Shown piece after piece: positions 1 through 26,620 of a stretch of 64,000 nucleotides of DNA. How positions within the stretch are numbered: the first letter of the stretch is position 1; each line of letters opens with the position of its first letter. Under the pieces are notes generated by a model. It worked only from the letters and a program-made list of their open reading frames with translations. It was not told where the DNA came from and made no database searches. This DNA comes from the human T2T-CHM13v2.0 reference genome, Homo sapiens. The stretch lies in the NCBI RefSeq assembly GCF_009914755.1, contig NC_060946.1; one strand, given 5' to 3'. The position numbers were made by a program, and so were the translations under genes.

Positions 1-674
1 TTTTCCAGCTACGTTTCTAGACCTTGGTCAAATTACCTAACCTCTTTACCTTAAGTTTCTGCATTTATAAAATGAGAATATTAATGCTTAGCTCATAAGA
101 TTTGAGGGGAAATTATATGAAATAATAAGTTGGCAAATACTAAGCACTCAAATGTTAACTATTATTATTTTTATTTCTCTAAATTCCTGTGACACTTACT
201 GCCAACACCTACACATTAGCCTTACTTATTTTTGAATAATTTCAAGTATGCTGATCTTGTCTCACAATCAGACCAAAAGCCTCTATGCAAGGATAATGTC
301 TTAAAGTCCTTTCTATCTCTCCTAATTCCTATATGAGCTTCTGGGCGCAGAGATGAAGAACTCAATATCATTGATTGGTTGTTGGGGAGCAGCAAAACCA
401 CTCTGTCTAAGACAGTAGTTAGTGGCTGGTAAACATTTCCACATGTTGTCTCCTCATGAACTGATGGTCTAGGTTTGGGGCTTAGCAGGAAAATGACCAC
501 ATTACTGAAGCCACTTCCCAAATTACAAGATTTAATGAGCCAAGGAAATTAAATTATTCTCTAAAGTGTACTTTCTGGTTTAGATTATGACTTGATTGCC
601 ACATTTGTTACCACCAAATCTTTAGGGAAAATTCCACACAGATACAAATAGACGTGGGCTGAAAACACTATCAT

Positions 675-1320
675 TTTATTTATTCATTCACATTTATTAA
701 GAATTTGCTATATGAAAGGTAAGTCTGATGCAAAGATGTACACAGACTATGATCCTTGCCCATAAATAGTTTGCTATCTATCAGGAAAGCAAAACTGCAG
801 AAACAAATAATTACAATACAAGGCAGTATGTGATATGTATAATTAGAATGGCAGAATGTCTAAATGAACTAAAAGGAGTGAGAAGTCAGAAAAGGCCTCC
901 TGAAAGAAGTATGTACACGGGGCTTTGAAGGATGAGCAGGATTCTCGTCTCTAGAGCTGGGTGAAGAGCTGTTTAAACTGGATGATATATGCAAAGACAG
1001 AGCTCACAGAAGTCCAGGTGGTTAGAACACGAGGTGTGCAGAGGGGTGCAGGAGGAGGAGACAGTTGAAAACCAGAGCCAGGAAAGCCTTCGACGCTAAG
1101 TTATGAGCTTGAATTTTGTATGTTAGACAAGTGGGGGATCTTAAGGTTTCAGAGTAAAAGAACGATGTGGCCTTTACTGTGTGATTTGTGATTAGTCGGT
1201 GGTTAAGTGTGGGTAGGAGACGCTAGAAGTCATGGGAATAGCCCAGCCGTGAAGTAAGGAGGCTGAAATTAGGCAGTAGCGTTAGAAATGGAAAGGGTAT
1301 AGGTAAGCAAAGGATTCATT
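675..1320 (-). mobile_element. L2 fragment; further L2 pieces at ~3120-3370, ~6300-7500, ~29950-30320 and ~36550-37290
   Basis: attcattcacatttatt 3'-end signature followed by the purine-rich L2 antisense pattern. Confidence 0.6.
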
Positions 1321-1570
1321 AACTATTTGGTCATGGAAGCCTGGCGAAGCATTAAATAATGCGTTTTCCTGAGGTGATGCGTTGGGATGTAGCTGTGTTG
1401 ATTTGGTGCTGTCAGGACCACCCAGTAAACATCTGGCAGGCGCTCAAAATATGGCTGGAGCTCTGAAGGAAAGTCAGAACCAGCAGAGTCCTTCCCGTAC
1501 AAGCCCTTCCCCTGTGCGCCAGCTGAGTGAGCTGGGGGAGGGTCACGTACCAAAAGAAAGAAAACACCTA

Positions 1571-1885
1571 GGCCAGGTGCAGTGGCTCACGCCTGTAATC
1601 CTAGCACTTTGGGAGGCCGAGGCGGGCAGATCACGACGTCGGGAGTTCAAGACCAGCCTGACCAACATGATGAAACCCTGTCTCTACCAAAAATGCAAAA
1701 AATTAGCCTGGCGTAGTGGTGTGCGCCTGTAATCCCAGCTACTCAGGAGGCTGAAGCAGGAGAATCACTTGAACCCAGGTTGCTGGAGGTTGCAGTGAGC
1801 TGAGATCGCACCATCGCACTCCAGCTTGGGCAGCAAGAGTGAAACTCTGTCTCAAAAAAAAGAAAAGAAAAGAAAAGAAAAGAAA
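1571..1885 (+). mobile_element. AluS with (GAAAA)n tail
   Basis: Full dimer with TSD aagaaaacaccta. Confidence 0.92.
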
Positions 1886-2500
1886 ACACCTAGAGGAAAG
1901 AAGATAAGAGGCAAATCTGGGGTCATAGTCAGGGAACTGGAAAACGAGCCAGAGAGAGAATTCAAAGACAAAATAATTATTACTTATGTTGGTGAGTGTT
2001 TATGACCCCAGCACTATCCTCCTAAGTGCTGTCCATGCATTCATGCACTTGATCCTCACCACATAATGAGGAAAGTACCATTACCTGAAGAAAGTGAGAG
2101 CCAGAGAGCTTAAGCCTCTTGCCCAAGCTCGCGCGGCAAGGCTCAGAGCCCGGAGTCCTACACAGGCAGCATGAGTCCAGCCCATTCTGCCTCTAAAGTC
2201 AGGGTAGAGGGCTGAGCCACTGAAATCAAGGGATAAAAAAGTTCAGGGGAGGTTGAAATTGTCAGTGCTGATGACCGGTTACCACGAACTGAGACCTGGA
2301 AGGGATATTCTAAAATGAGCCTCTGCTGTCACAAGCGTGTGTGTGTGCACAAGCGCATACTTGGCACTGGACTTCACACCTGCCCGGCTCCCTCTAACAA
2401 GGCTGGTCAAGCATGACAAGAAGGTTTTCACTCAAATTATTGTCCTGGAAACAAGATGGCTAAATGCATTCAGCACCAGCCTTCCCTCTCATCATCTTAG

Positions 2501-2592
2501 ATCCATTAAACCCATTCAACCTGCCAGTCAGGTGGTTCGAAAAGAACGTAATCCAAACCCCAACTGTCCGCAGAGCGATCCTTTAATGAAAG
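2501..2592 (+). other. CECR9: Putative CECR9 internal exon (coding status doubtful)
   Basis: Acceptor cttccctctcatcatcttag| and donor AAG|gtcaga. Encodes (R)SIKPIQPASQVVRKERNPNPNCPQSDPLMK, matching my recollection of the putative CECR9 protein. Confidence 0.6.
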
Positions 2593-4162
2593 GTCAGAGT
2601 AATCTAATGAAAGCTTCAGGCTCCTCTTTAGCTGAGGCCAAAGAAAGGTAGGGAAAGGGATATTACAATCAAGGGAATTTAAACAGGGCTTAAGCAGCAC
2701 TGAGAGTTCTACTTCCCATTTATTAGGATAACAGAACATTATCCTCCAAGAACATTTGAGGGCTATTGAGTTTTAAGGTAAATTTATATCAGGGGCACTG
2801 GTATTCAACTGCCTTGGCTTGAATTGTTGATCCTACTCAGTGACCTGAGTACAGAATCAAGGTGTACATTCTTTCTGTTGGGCAGACCCATCTGGCCCTC
2901 TAGGAGCTGTTTAAGGATTCTTCCTGGACAATGTGAAGCCCACGGGAGACCTCAGATCTCGATGTCATTGTGACAGTTTTCTGGCCTTCCCATCTCAAGT
3001 TCATGCGTGTGATCACGGCTTCTTCAAGTCTGCATGTCTTCATCTCATTTGACCGTGTGTTTTGTTTACACCATCCCCTACAGTCTGGAATGCCGCAGCC
3101 TCTCCGTTCTTTTGCACTTCTTCATTTATTCACTTGACAAACATGTACTGAGAGCCCACTATGGGGCAGGTGCTGTTCTAGTGGGAGAGGAGGCACATTA
3201 ATCAAGTAAATGTGTCATCTGTCAGATAGTGAGGAGGGACATAAAGAGAAATGAATGAGCGTAAGGGGACGGAGAGAGGGCAGAAAGGGGATCCATTTTA
3301 GAGAGGGTATCAGTGTATGAGGAGACGTCTGAGCAAAGGCTTATTAAGCCAAGTGAAGGGTTGAGGCATGGGGGCACATGCTCTGAGTAGAGCAGAGAGC
3401 TGTCTTGTTCATTTCAGTGTCTCAAAGAATCTGCTGCTGCGTCCTCGAGTAACTTCCCAGTAAACACTGGGGGAATGTGGAGAGGAATGGCTACTTGAAG
3501 GTATAATTGATAAAGAAGAAAGGAGCAACTTACTGACCATTACATCAGACTAGCCAAGACACTTGTTGCACAGAGACTTTCTTAGAGCGAACTTTATTAC
3601 AACCAAATAAATTCAGTATTTTCACATGGGACATGAATGTGCATGGGTTTGGAAAAGGTTTTATTATATTTTAATATGTACTCTTCTTTGTAGTAATAAT
3701 TATTGTAATGAAATTCTATCTGCTGACTTAACTAATTATTAGTTAGAATTTTGTATACTTTATTATATGTAAATTCCATTAAAATGTTCTGCCTTTCTTA
3801 TAAAAAAATTACTTCAAATAGGCAATACATTTGTAAGATTTAAAAATCAGATTGTATTGGCTGTGTGCAGTGGCCCACTCCTGTAATTCTAGCACTTTAG
3901 GAAGCAGAGGTGGGAGGATTGCTTGAGCCCAGAAGTTCAAGACCAGCCTGGACAACATAGTGAGACACTGTCTGAATAAAATTTAAAAATTTAAAAAAAA
4001 AGAAGGTATACACAGATGCATGGTGAAAAGTCTTCCTCCCACCCTTTGTCCTTTTGTTGCCCAGATGGCATCTGGAGCCTCAGCACACTTGCACACACAA
4101 AACTGCTATTATTAGTACCTTAGATATCCCCCCTGAGTTTCTTCATGCATATACAAACAAGT

Positions 4163-4870
<708 letters not shown>

Positions 4871-4883
4871 AGTATAAATATAC

Positions 4884-6239
<1,356 letters not shown>

Positions 6240-6411
6240 TCACTAAACAGCCTTCCCTAGAGGTGGTACCATTGAACTGTATTTCTTCTCTCTTTCTCTC
6301 ATGACATACAATTTATTGAATGTCTAGTGCCTGTTAGGCGCCATGAGAAGTACTGGGGATGTGAATCAAATAAGATTTGGTTTCTGTCTCATTGGAACTC
6401 ACAGTCTGGTG

Positions 6412-6619
6412 CAGTGGTTTTCAACTGGGATGATTTTACTCTCCAGGGACATTTGGCAATGTCTACAGACATGTTTTGGAGGGAGGTTGCTAATGGCATA
6501 CTGGCACGTAGTAGGTAGAAGCCAGGGATCCTGCTAAACATCCTGCAATGCACAGGGAAGTCCTCACTACAAGGAAGTTTAAGCCCAAAATGTCAATAGT
6601 GCTGGGTTGACAAGCCCTG
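6412..6619. mobile_element. MER20 (hAT-Charlie) non-autonomous DNA transposon
   Basis: cagtggttttcaac...gggacatttggcaatgtct...gctaaacatcctgcaatgcacagg...cccaaaatgtcaatagtgc...agccctg. Confidence 0.88.
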
Positions 6620-8019
6620 GGCTCATGGGAGAGAGAGACGGACACTCAAATGTGCTACGGAAAAGGTGTGTTCTTGAAACTTAGAGGAGTGGCTTCCAAA
6701 GGGCTTTTTCAGAAGGTGCAAGTGGATTCTGGAGGGAGGAGGGGGTGCGAGGAGAAAGGGAACAGTAAGTGCAGTGGTGTGGAGGTGTGAACAGCTTGAC
6801 CCAGGAGGAAGGACAAGTGGTTTTGAATGGCTGGACTACTAAAAGCTATGTGAGTGTGGAGCAAGGCCAGACAGACAGGCATGGATGGTGCTGACTGACA
6901 AGGGTCCTAGCTGCTAAGCTAATGAGGGGAGTCAATGAAGGGTTTTAAGCATGGGAGTGAGTTACTTAGATGTGCATTTTAAAGAAACTCACATTGGGTG
7001 TGGGAAGGAGGGCAGCCTGGATGGGATCAGATTGGCCACAGGCAGAAGAATTAAGAGGCTGCAGCAATAATCCAGGTTGGATGTGACAAGAGCCATCACC
7101 AAGTGAGAGTGGGAACAGAGGGGAGAGGACAGGCTCAGGAGATATAAAAGAAGGTAGATTCAGAAGGTCATGGAGCTAGGAAGGAGATCTATAGGATAAT
7201 TCCTAGGTTTTGATATGTAAGCAATAGGGTGGACAGAGAGGTCGTTCTGTAAAATAGAGAACACAGGAGAGCAGATGGGGGCAGGGGAGAAATGCAAACA
7301 GACATGTTGTGTCTGAGCGCCGTGGGGCCCGTCAGTGAACAGGGGAATGTTCAGACCCCTGGTCAGCAGAAAGCCCAGGGCCAGCATGCACATTCAAGAG
7401 GCATCAGCCAGGAGCTGTCCTTTGAGGCCCTGGGTGTGGATAAATAAGCTCATCCAGGCGGAATGAAGAAAGAGGAGTGGGTGGAGAGCCCAGCCCTGAG
7501 GAGCAGCTGTTGATTGGCCTCTGTGGAAATTGCAGGAGGAGCTGCTCAGGTCTTTTATGAATTTCTGTTGTCATTTCTTCTAGCTTTGCCAACTGTGGGG
7601 CTCTCTATTTTCTTCTGTGCAAACGTCCTAATTCTTGGCAATTTAAAGGGCTATGCCAATCTAACTTATTGTTACTAATACTGTTATTGTTATTATCCCA
7701 ACTGTTCATCTGGTACCCAAAAGCCTTCCTCAGCTTACAATTTGCCACCTCCTACAATCATCCTTGGTTTTCTGCTTGCTTCATAAGGAACTCTGTGCAA
7801 ACACCTACCATGGAAATGAAAAGCTCCATTGTAATGGTCTGTTGTTTGATTCCCCAGCTATACTAAAAGCTCCTTAGAGCAAGAATTACAGTTTATTTGT
7901 CTTAGAGTCTCCAGCACCTGTAACAGTGCTTAGCACTTAGGTATTTGAAAAATGGCTGTTAATGAATGATTTTGGTTGAGTTCTAAGAGGTTTATTGACA
8001 GGCCCACCATCGATCCCAG

Positions 8020-8418
8020 GGCAGGCTGGTTTATACCTGTTGTCCTGGCAGAGTTATAAACAATATTAATAATAACCCCTTTCAGCTGGGCGTGGTGGCT
8101 CATGCCTGCACTTTGGGAGGCTGAGGTGGATGGATCACTTGAGGTCAGGAGTTCAAGACCAACCTGGTCAACATGGTGAAACTTCATCTCTACTAAAAAT
8201 ACAAAAATTAGCCGGGCATGGTGGCACATGCCTGTAATCCCAGCTACCCAGGAGGCTGAGACAGGAGAGTCACTTGAATCCAGGAGGCGGAGGTTGCAGT
8301 GAGCCACTGAACTCCAGCTGGGTGACAGAGCAAGACTCTCTCTCAAAATAATAATAATAACAACGTCTTTCAATCACAAATCTGCCCTAGTTTAACGGAT
8401 AAAGTATATGGTGACCCT
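8020..8418. mobile_element. MER96-like hAT remnant interrupted by an Alu (8084-8360)
   Basis: ggtttatacctgttgtcctggc...cccctttca and the terminal tatatggtgaccct. Confidence 0.6.
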
Positions 8419-8768
8419 ATTTGCAGAACACTAAACTGTCATAGCCGGTCCTAACATTAGGTAGGTTTCTCTGTTTACAAAACATTCCTGCCAGAGAAAC
8501 GGGTGGACACAGCAGGGTGGGTTACCAGCTCAAGTCAACATTAAAAAAGGGAGCCATTCTTCTGAGATAAGATAACAGAGTTATGGGGAAAAGGGAATTC
8601 AGGCAGATCCTCACATTAATAAAACTTGTTTTAAAACCAGCAAGCTATCAAATCAGTATAAAAAATAATTGGCACAAATAGAGTGGTTGAGTATTAAGAA
8701 CCAAGAATCATGGGATTTTTTTTTTTTTTTTTGTGAGGTCTTGGATAGGAGAATCAAGAAATTTTTAA

Positions 8769-9080
<312 letters not shown>

Positions 9081-9169
9081 TAGGTATAATAATTCATTGT
9101 GTGAGTGGGGAAAGTGAGGCATAGAGAAGTTATGTTGAGCTGGCCAATATATAACTTGTGTAAAAATTG

Positions 9170-11860
<2,691 letters not shown>

Positions 11861-12407
11861 AAGAAGTTTTTTTTCTTTTTTTTTTTGGCTTTTTTTGAGA
11901 CAAGATCTGGCTCTCTCATCCAGGTTGGAGTGCAGTGGTGCAGTCTCGGCTCACTGCAACCTCCACCTCTTGGGTTCAAGTGACCTCTCACTTCAGCCTC
12001 CCAAGCAGCGGGGACTACAGGTGCGCACCACCATGTCTGGCTAATTTTTGTATTTTTGTAGAGATGGAGTTTTGCCATGTTGCCCAGTCTGGTCTTGAAC
12101 TCCTGGCCTCATGTGATCTGCCCACTTCAGCCTCCCAAAATGCTAGGATTACAGGTGTGAGCCACTGTGCCCAGCCTGCCAACACAATATTGAAGGAGAA
12201 GGAGAAAGTCAGAGGATTGACACTACCCAATTTAGAGACTCACTATAAGGCAGTGTGATATCGCTAAAAGAACAGAAAAACAAGTGTGGTATTGCTAAGA
12301 GAACAGAAAAACAGATAGCTGGAACAGAATAGACAGCCCAGACAGACAAGCATAGATACAGTTAATGGATCTTTTTCAAAGGAGCAAAGGCAATACAATG
12401 GAGAGAG

Positions 12408-12441
<34 letters not shown>

Positions 12442-12480
12442 GAGACAGAGTCTCACTCTGTCATCCAGGCTGCAGTCTAG

Positions 12481-12594
<114 letters not shown>

Positions 12595-12854
12595 TAAAAT
12601 TTTTTGTAGAGATGGGGTCTCACAAATTGCCCAGGCTGGCCTTGAACCCAGGATGGCTCAAGTGATCCTCCTGCCACATCCTCCCAAAGTTTTGGGATTA
12701 CAGGCATGAGCCACTGTGCCCGGCAGTGTTTTCAATAAATGGTTCTGGAACAACTGGACATCCACATGCAAAAAAAATGAATCTAGACACAGACCTTACA
12801 TCCTATACAAAAAATAAACTCAAAATGGATCGCAGACCTAACTATGCAGAACTA

Positions 12855-13229
<375 letters not shown>

Positions 13230-13832
13230 TCATTGACACCAAAGTCATGGTTCATGAAAGACATAATTGATCATTATGAAGATTTAAAAACTTCATGAAA
13301 ATTAGAAACTTCTGCTCTGAGAAAGATACCATCAAAAGAATGAGAAGACAAGCCACAGACTGAAAAAAAAAATTTACAAAAGACATGTCTGATAAAGGAC
13401 TGTTATTCAAAATATGCAAGGAGCTCTTAAAACTCAATGATTAGTAAACAAACAGCCCAATTTAAAAATGGACCAAAGACCGTAACAAATACCTCACCAA
13501 AGAAGGTATACAGATGGCTAATTATCATATGACTAGATGCGCTACATCAAATGTCATTAGGGAAATGCAAATTAAACAACAAGAAGATACCACTACACAC
13601 CTTTTAGGGTGGCCAGAGTCCACTGACAACACCAAATGCTGACAGAATGTGGAGCAGCAAGAACTACTGCTGCTGCGGATACAAAATGGCACCACCATGT
13701 TGGAAAACAGTCCGGCAGTCTCCTACAAAAGGAAACATATCTTACCATTTGGGCTGGGCGCGGTGGCTCACGCCTGTAATTCTAACACTTTGGGAGACCG
13801 AGGTGGGTTGATTGCGTGAGCTCAGGAGTTCA

Positions 13833-14091
<259 letters not shown>

Positions 14092-14313
14092 TTACCCAAA
14101 GGAGCTGAAAACTTCTGTCCATGCAAAAACCTGCACAGGGATGTTTATAGTAGCTTTGCTCATAAATGCCAAAACTTGGAAGCAACCAAGATGTCCTTCA
14201 GTAGGGGAATGGAAAAATAAACTGTGGTACATCCACACAACAGAATATTACTCAGTTCTAAAAAGAAAGGAGCTATCAAACCATGAAAAGAAATGGAGGA
14301 AATTTAAATATCA

Positions 14314-14354
14314 TTTCAATGGCAAAAACCGCAATAACCTTTGCATCAACCTAA
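14314..14354. mobile_element. MADE1/Hsmar1 half element (solo TIR)
   Basis: ttcaatggcaaaaaccgcaataacctttgcatcaacctaa followed by TA matches the right half of MADE1. Confidence 0.8.
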
Positions 14355-14554
14355 TAAGTGAAAAGAACCCAATCTATAAAGACTCCAAACTGTGTGCTTC
14401 TGACCATATGATGTACTACAAAAAAGAAAAACTGGGGCTGGGTGCGGCGGCTCATGCCTGTAATCCCAGCACTTTGAGAGGCCAAGGCAGGTGGATCACA
14501 AGTTCAGGAGATCGAGACCATCCTGGCTAACATGGTGAAACTCCGTCTCTGCTA

Positions 14555-14770
<216 letters not shown>

Positions 14771-15048
14771 TCACACCTGTAATCCCAGCACTTTGGGAGG
14801 CTGAGGCCAGCGGGTTGCTTGAGCTCAGGAGTTGAAGACCAGCCTGGGCAACATAGTGAGACCCCCATCTCTATAAAAAAAAAAATACAAAAACTAGCCA
14901 GGCGTGGTGGCATGCACTGTAGTCCCAGCTAGTCAGGAGGCTGAGGTGGGAGGATCTTGAGCCCAGGAGGCAGAGGCTGCAGTGGGCTGAGATCGCACCA
15001 CTGCACTCCAGCCTGGGCAGCAGAGTGAGGCCCTGTCACAAAAAATTA

Positions 15049-15695
<647 letters not shown>

Positions 15696-16427
15696 TCACG
15701 AGGCTGAGGCAGGAAAATTGCTTGAACCCTGGGTGGCAGAGGTTACAGTGACCTGAGATCATGCCACTGCACTACAGCCTGGGAGACAGAGCGAGACTCT
15801 GTCCCCAAAAAAACCAACAAAAAAAGAGTGAACCTTAATGGAAACCATGGACTCTGTGTGGTAGAGATGTGTCAATGCCAGTTAATTGATGGTAACAAAT
15901 GCACCCCTCTGGTGGAAGAAGTTGATGACATGGGAGGCTACAGATACGCATGCAGGGGATGAGGGTATATAGGAAATCACTGTAGCTTCTGCTCGACTTT
16001 GCTGTGAACTTAAAACTGTTTTTAAAAAATAAAGTCTGAAAAATAACTGCTCCAAAAAAATAAAGTCTATTTTAAAAAAATGTAGGAGACATGACAAGAT
16101 ATGCCAGGAAAAATCCATAAAGCCAAGGACAATCGTGAGCAAGCAATACAGATTTGAAAAACAGTCCCTGAACTTAATTAGGGCCCAGGCATACACCAAA
16201 GACCTAGGTAGAAAACAGTCTGAGGAAGGACCAGGTTGTCTTTGGGGGAGCTGGCAGAGATACAGTATGCATGGTGTCAACATAGCTGACATATAATTTC
16301 AGACTATGTTAAAGATCCATAGAGCCCAGATAAGGGTTTTCTGTTTTGTTTTGCTTTGTTTTGTTTGCTTGTGTTTGTTTTTGTTTTTCTGAGACAGAGT
16401 CTCACCCTGTTGCCCAGGCTGGAGTGA

Positions 16428-16607
<180 letters not shown>

Positions 16608-16736
16608 TGATCCACCTGCCTTGGCCTCCCAAAGTGCTGGGATTACAGGCGTGAGCCACCTCGCCCAGCCCAGATAAGGTTTTATGTTTTTATGACTTCT
16701 GCCTTCCCTGGACCTCATATCTAATTTCTCTAACAG

Positions 16737-16984
16737 CTTCATCAACTTCATTCCTGAGTCATACTTACTTAATAAACAAGACAAGATCAACAACAAGAAA
16801 GGTGGAAGAACACAGCTGGTTTACCTGCACAGGAGCTAAATACTTTGCAATTCCATTGGCTGAGCGCAACACCAAGAGGCTGACTAAGAGGAGCACACAT
16901 GCACAACTGCTGCGTGGGAAACAGGATGGCAGCGAGTGGGTTGTCCCTAGAAGCTCAGCTTCAAGCAATGTTCTGTACCACTGA
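16737..16984 (+). other. CECR9: Putative CECR9 terminal exon (coding status doubtful)
   Basis: Acceptor ctaatttctctaacag|. Joins in frame with 2501-2592 to give MKASSTSFLSHTYLINKTRSTTRKVEEHSW...SSNVLYH*, with TGA at 16982-16984. Confidence 0.65.
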
Positions 16985-17377
16985 GTAACAGCAGCCGCTG
17001 ACAAACCTGCTCAGCCTGTTGACACACTTCAGGGTAGCTCTGTCCAGTGCAGGGCAGATGGCTGTGTACAAATAACTAGCAACGTGATGCAAGCTTCCCA
17101 TGGTGAAATCAAAACACCAAAGGGTAGCCAGTCTTGACTTGTTCCTACCCTTCAAAAAATGGTCAAGCTTCTGGGTGGTACTTAGTGACTCTGAATATGC
17201 AGGACACACAGAGATAACCAGAGAGATGCTCACCTAGCAGAGGAGACACCATGATCACCTAATCAGGGAGTACACAGGGACAGCTAATAGACGCAAAACC
17301 CTTCCTTCATGTTTGAAATTCAAATTTATAGAAGGCTTAAATATAATACATGCTTATATATAAAAATTTAAAAAGTA

Positions 17378-19732
<2,355 letters not shown>

Positions 19733-20545
19733 TTAAACATAATACTAACTTCCAAATTCTCTCTCCTTGGCCAAATAAATCGAATAAAACTGGGCTAAAG
19801 GAATGAATTTGCCAATGCAACAAAGATGACTGCCATTCTGCCCTGCCTCCGGAATCATGAAAGGGGTGGTCTTCTGACGTCCTCCCTTTTCACAGGGGCC
19901 TGCAGAGGGAGGCAGCCGCTGTTGGGAGGTCACAGAGCGTCTGCAGCTGACTGGGAAGCCCTCCTAACTGGCGCACCTGAGGGGCTGGGTGCCCGTCTGC
20001 TGCTTCTGGCTGCCCTGGCCCGCAGTAGTAGTAAGTCTCCTCCTCACCTCCCTCTGGCCCAAGCATGGAAAACACCAAGTCTTCCTGTCTCCTGAACACA
20101 GTTGGGACTAGTGGGAATGTACCAAAGGAACTTTCCTAAAAGTTAAGGAAAGCCAAAAAGAAAATAAACAAGAGAAATAAAAATCACAGAGGCGACAGGC
20201 GGTGTCCAGGTTTCTGAGCTTACAATAGCTCACTCGCGAGCCACTCCATTTCTAGTTTGCTGGGCCCCTCCCAGGAAACCCTCCTTTACAACGCAGGGCT
20301 GTTCCCCACAGAGGCGGGACTGGGTGAGGCCCACTCTCCTGGCTATTCTTAAGAAAGCCATGAGCCACAAAAGGCTGATGGCTCACAGACTTCATCTCCT
20401 GAGGCCCCTAAGCATCTTCTTTAACCGCCCATCTCTAGGATGGAGGACGATTTTTCTGCGTAGTGTCTCCTGGAGAGGGTTCCCATGCTCCAATCTCTGT
20501 GAGAGGGACAGGAATGAAAAGCGCCCAGGCCTGGCCCTAGTCTGA

Positions 20546-24752
<4,207 letters not shown>

Positions 24753-24834
24753 TAGTTTACTTTAAATGGTTAACCATCTGAGGCAAGGCATCTGTTTGGA
24801 ATCACTCCACCTTTACCCCTTCCTTTGGCAGAAA

Positions 24835-25132
24835 TTGTGAATTATCTTCCAACATCCATCCTCTCCTTCTTCCCTCAGAATAGAAGCCCTGATTTTCAAC
24901 TGGGCATGAAACTGCTCCTTCTCCTTCCTGCTAATGGGACACAAGGGCTGATGGCATCGGGAGGTAGAAACTGTGTGTTGAGGACAGTAGAGCAGTAGGG
25001 CTCTTAGAAGGAGCCTGGCCTCTCCCTACTGTAGAGCTCCACACCTGTCTTCCTTGGTGACAACACATTTTATATTGTTTAAGTAACTTCTGCTGTTGTT
25101 GTTACCTGTAGCCAAGTTAATCCTGAACCTGG
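24835..25132. mobile_element. Old MaLR LTR (MLT1J/K-like)
   Basis: agaagccctgattttc...gtgttgaggacagtagagcag...gaaggagcctgg...gttacctgtagccaa pattern. Confidence 0.55.
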
Positions 25133-25299
25133 CAAGTGCTCCATCCCTCCACCCTTGTGTCTGTCTCTGCTCACAAAAGCGGTTTCCAGAGCTGTGCCTA
25201 GGTCCCATCTCTAGCAGCCTGGTCCCTCTCTGGCAGGGTCTTCTGACTTTCTGTCCTCTCTGCCTTTGTCATAGAATAGTACATTGTTGAGCTGGTTAT

Positions 25300-25770
25300 T
25301 CTCTGGCCCTTGCCATCCTTTCTCTGCCTCTTCTCCATCGCAACAGACTGATCCCTGCGGACCTATCACTCGGGCTCCCTTGCCAGTTGGCTGGGTGCTA
25401 AGTGGCTGGGCCACTTGGAGGGACCACTGAGGGCTCAGAAGGCAGGAGGAGAGAGGGATGGGATGTTTCCTGCTCTGCTGTGTTCCTGGTATTTAGCTCT
25501 GGCACTGACTACATTTCTCCATGACTCTCGCACTGGCAGGGCAGTCCCTTCTCCTATCTCTCTCTAGGGTGCCATTCACACTGTCCGCACCCGTGCCCCT
25601 TCAGGCCTGGCGGTGACAGTGGCTCCGTGTCTTTTCTGGTTCCTGAGTGCCTCAACATCCCACATCGGTTCCTTTAACCTTGCTCCCCCGCTGTAAAAAG
25701 TCCTTCGTTTCCTTCTCCTCTGAATTCCATCGGAGTGTGCCTCTGTATCTTGCTGGACCGTGACTAATAA
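25300..25770 (+). mobile_element. LTR33-like (ERVL) LTR
   Basis: gccccttcaggcctgg...gtgcctcaacatccc...gttcctttaaccttgc...gagtgtgcc...tgactaata resembles the LTR33 3' end. Confidence 0.7.
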
Positions 25771-26461
25771 AATTACAGCATAGTTGTTCGCTTACTTCTG
25801 TCTCCCTTCCTGGAGTATAAGTTTCCTGAAGGTAACAAACATTGCCTTTTTTCTTGTTTGTTTTTTGCAGCTTATAGCATCATAGCATAATTTTTGACCC
25901 AGGAGTATTTGTTGAAGAATGAATACATGTAAATTAATAAATGTAATAAACCAACAAGGTATTTCTTTTAGCCAGGTGTGGTGACATGCACCTGTAGTCC
26001 CAGCTACTCAGGAGGCTGAGGAGGAAGGATTGCTTGAGCCTGTGAGTTCAAGACCAGCCTGAGCAGCATAGCGGGATCTGATCTCAGAAAAAACAAAAAG
26101 ATATTTCTCTTCAGTATGCTTTCATAGTTTAGATTTTTATTTTAAGTATTCTATATTCTATTGGGAATCAGTAATACATCTTCCTTTCACCTCTAGCCAA
26201 TAGCAACCCAGATCACCTTCCTGAAGCAAACACGCCAGCAATGTTATTTTAACAAAATCCATCCATATAAAACCAATGTTTGTCTTCCTCGGATCTTTAC
26301 ATTTGGATATTACTAATTTAATACACCTTTTAATTTCTAAAGAGACTAGAGGAAATCATATGAGTTCCTTGATTAAGTTAAATTTGAAACTTTCAAAATA
26401 TATTACAAGCTCAGAGAATTTTAAAGTACACTAGAAAATCTTATTAAAAAATAAAAAATGA

Positions 26462-26620
26462 GTTGGGCACTGTGGCACACACCTGTAGCCCCAGCTACTC
26501 AGCAGGCTGACATGAGAGGAACTCTTGAGGGGAGGAGTTCAAGTCTGCAGTGAGCTATGATCACTCCTGTGAATAGCCACTGCTGTCCAACCTGGGCGAC
26601 ATAGAGAGACCCTGTGTCTA
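26462..26620 (+). mobile_element. FAM (fossil Alu monomer)
   Basis: Monomer retaining the 7SL-derived ctgtgaatagccactg that is absent from dimeric Alus. Confidence 0.8.
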
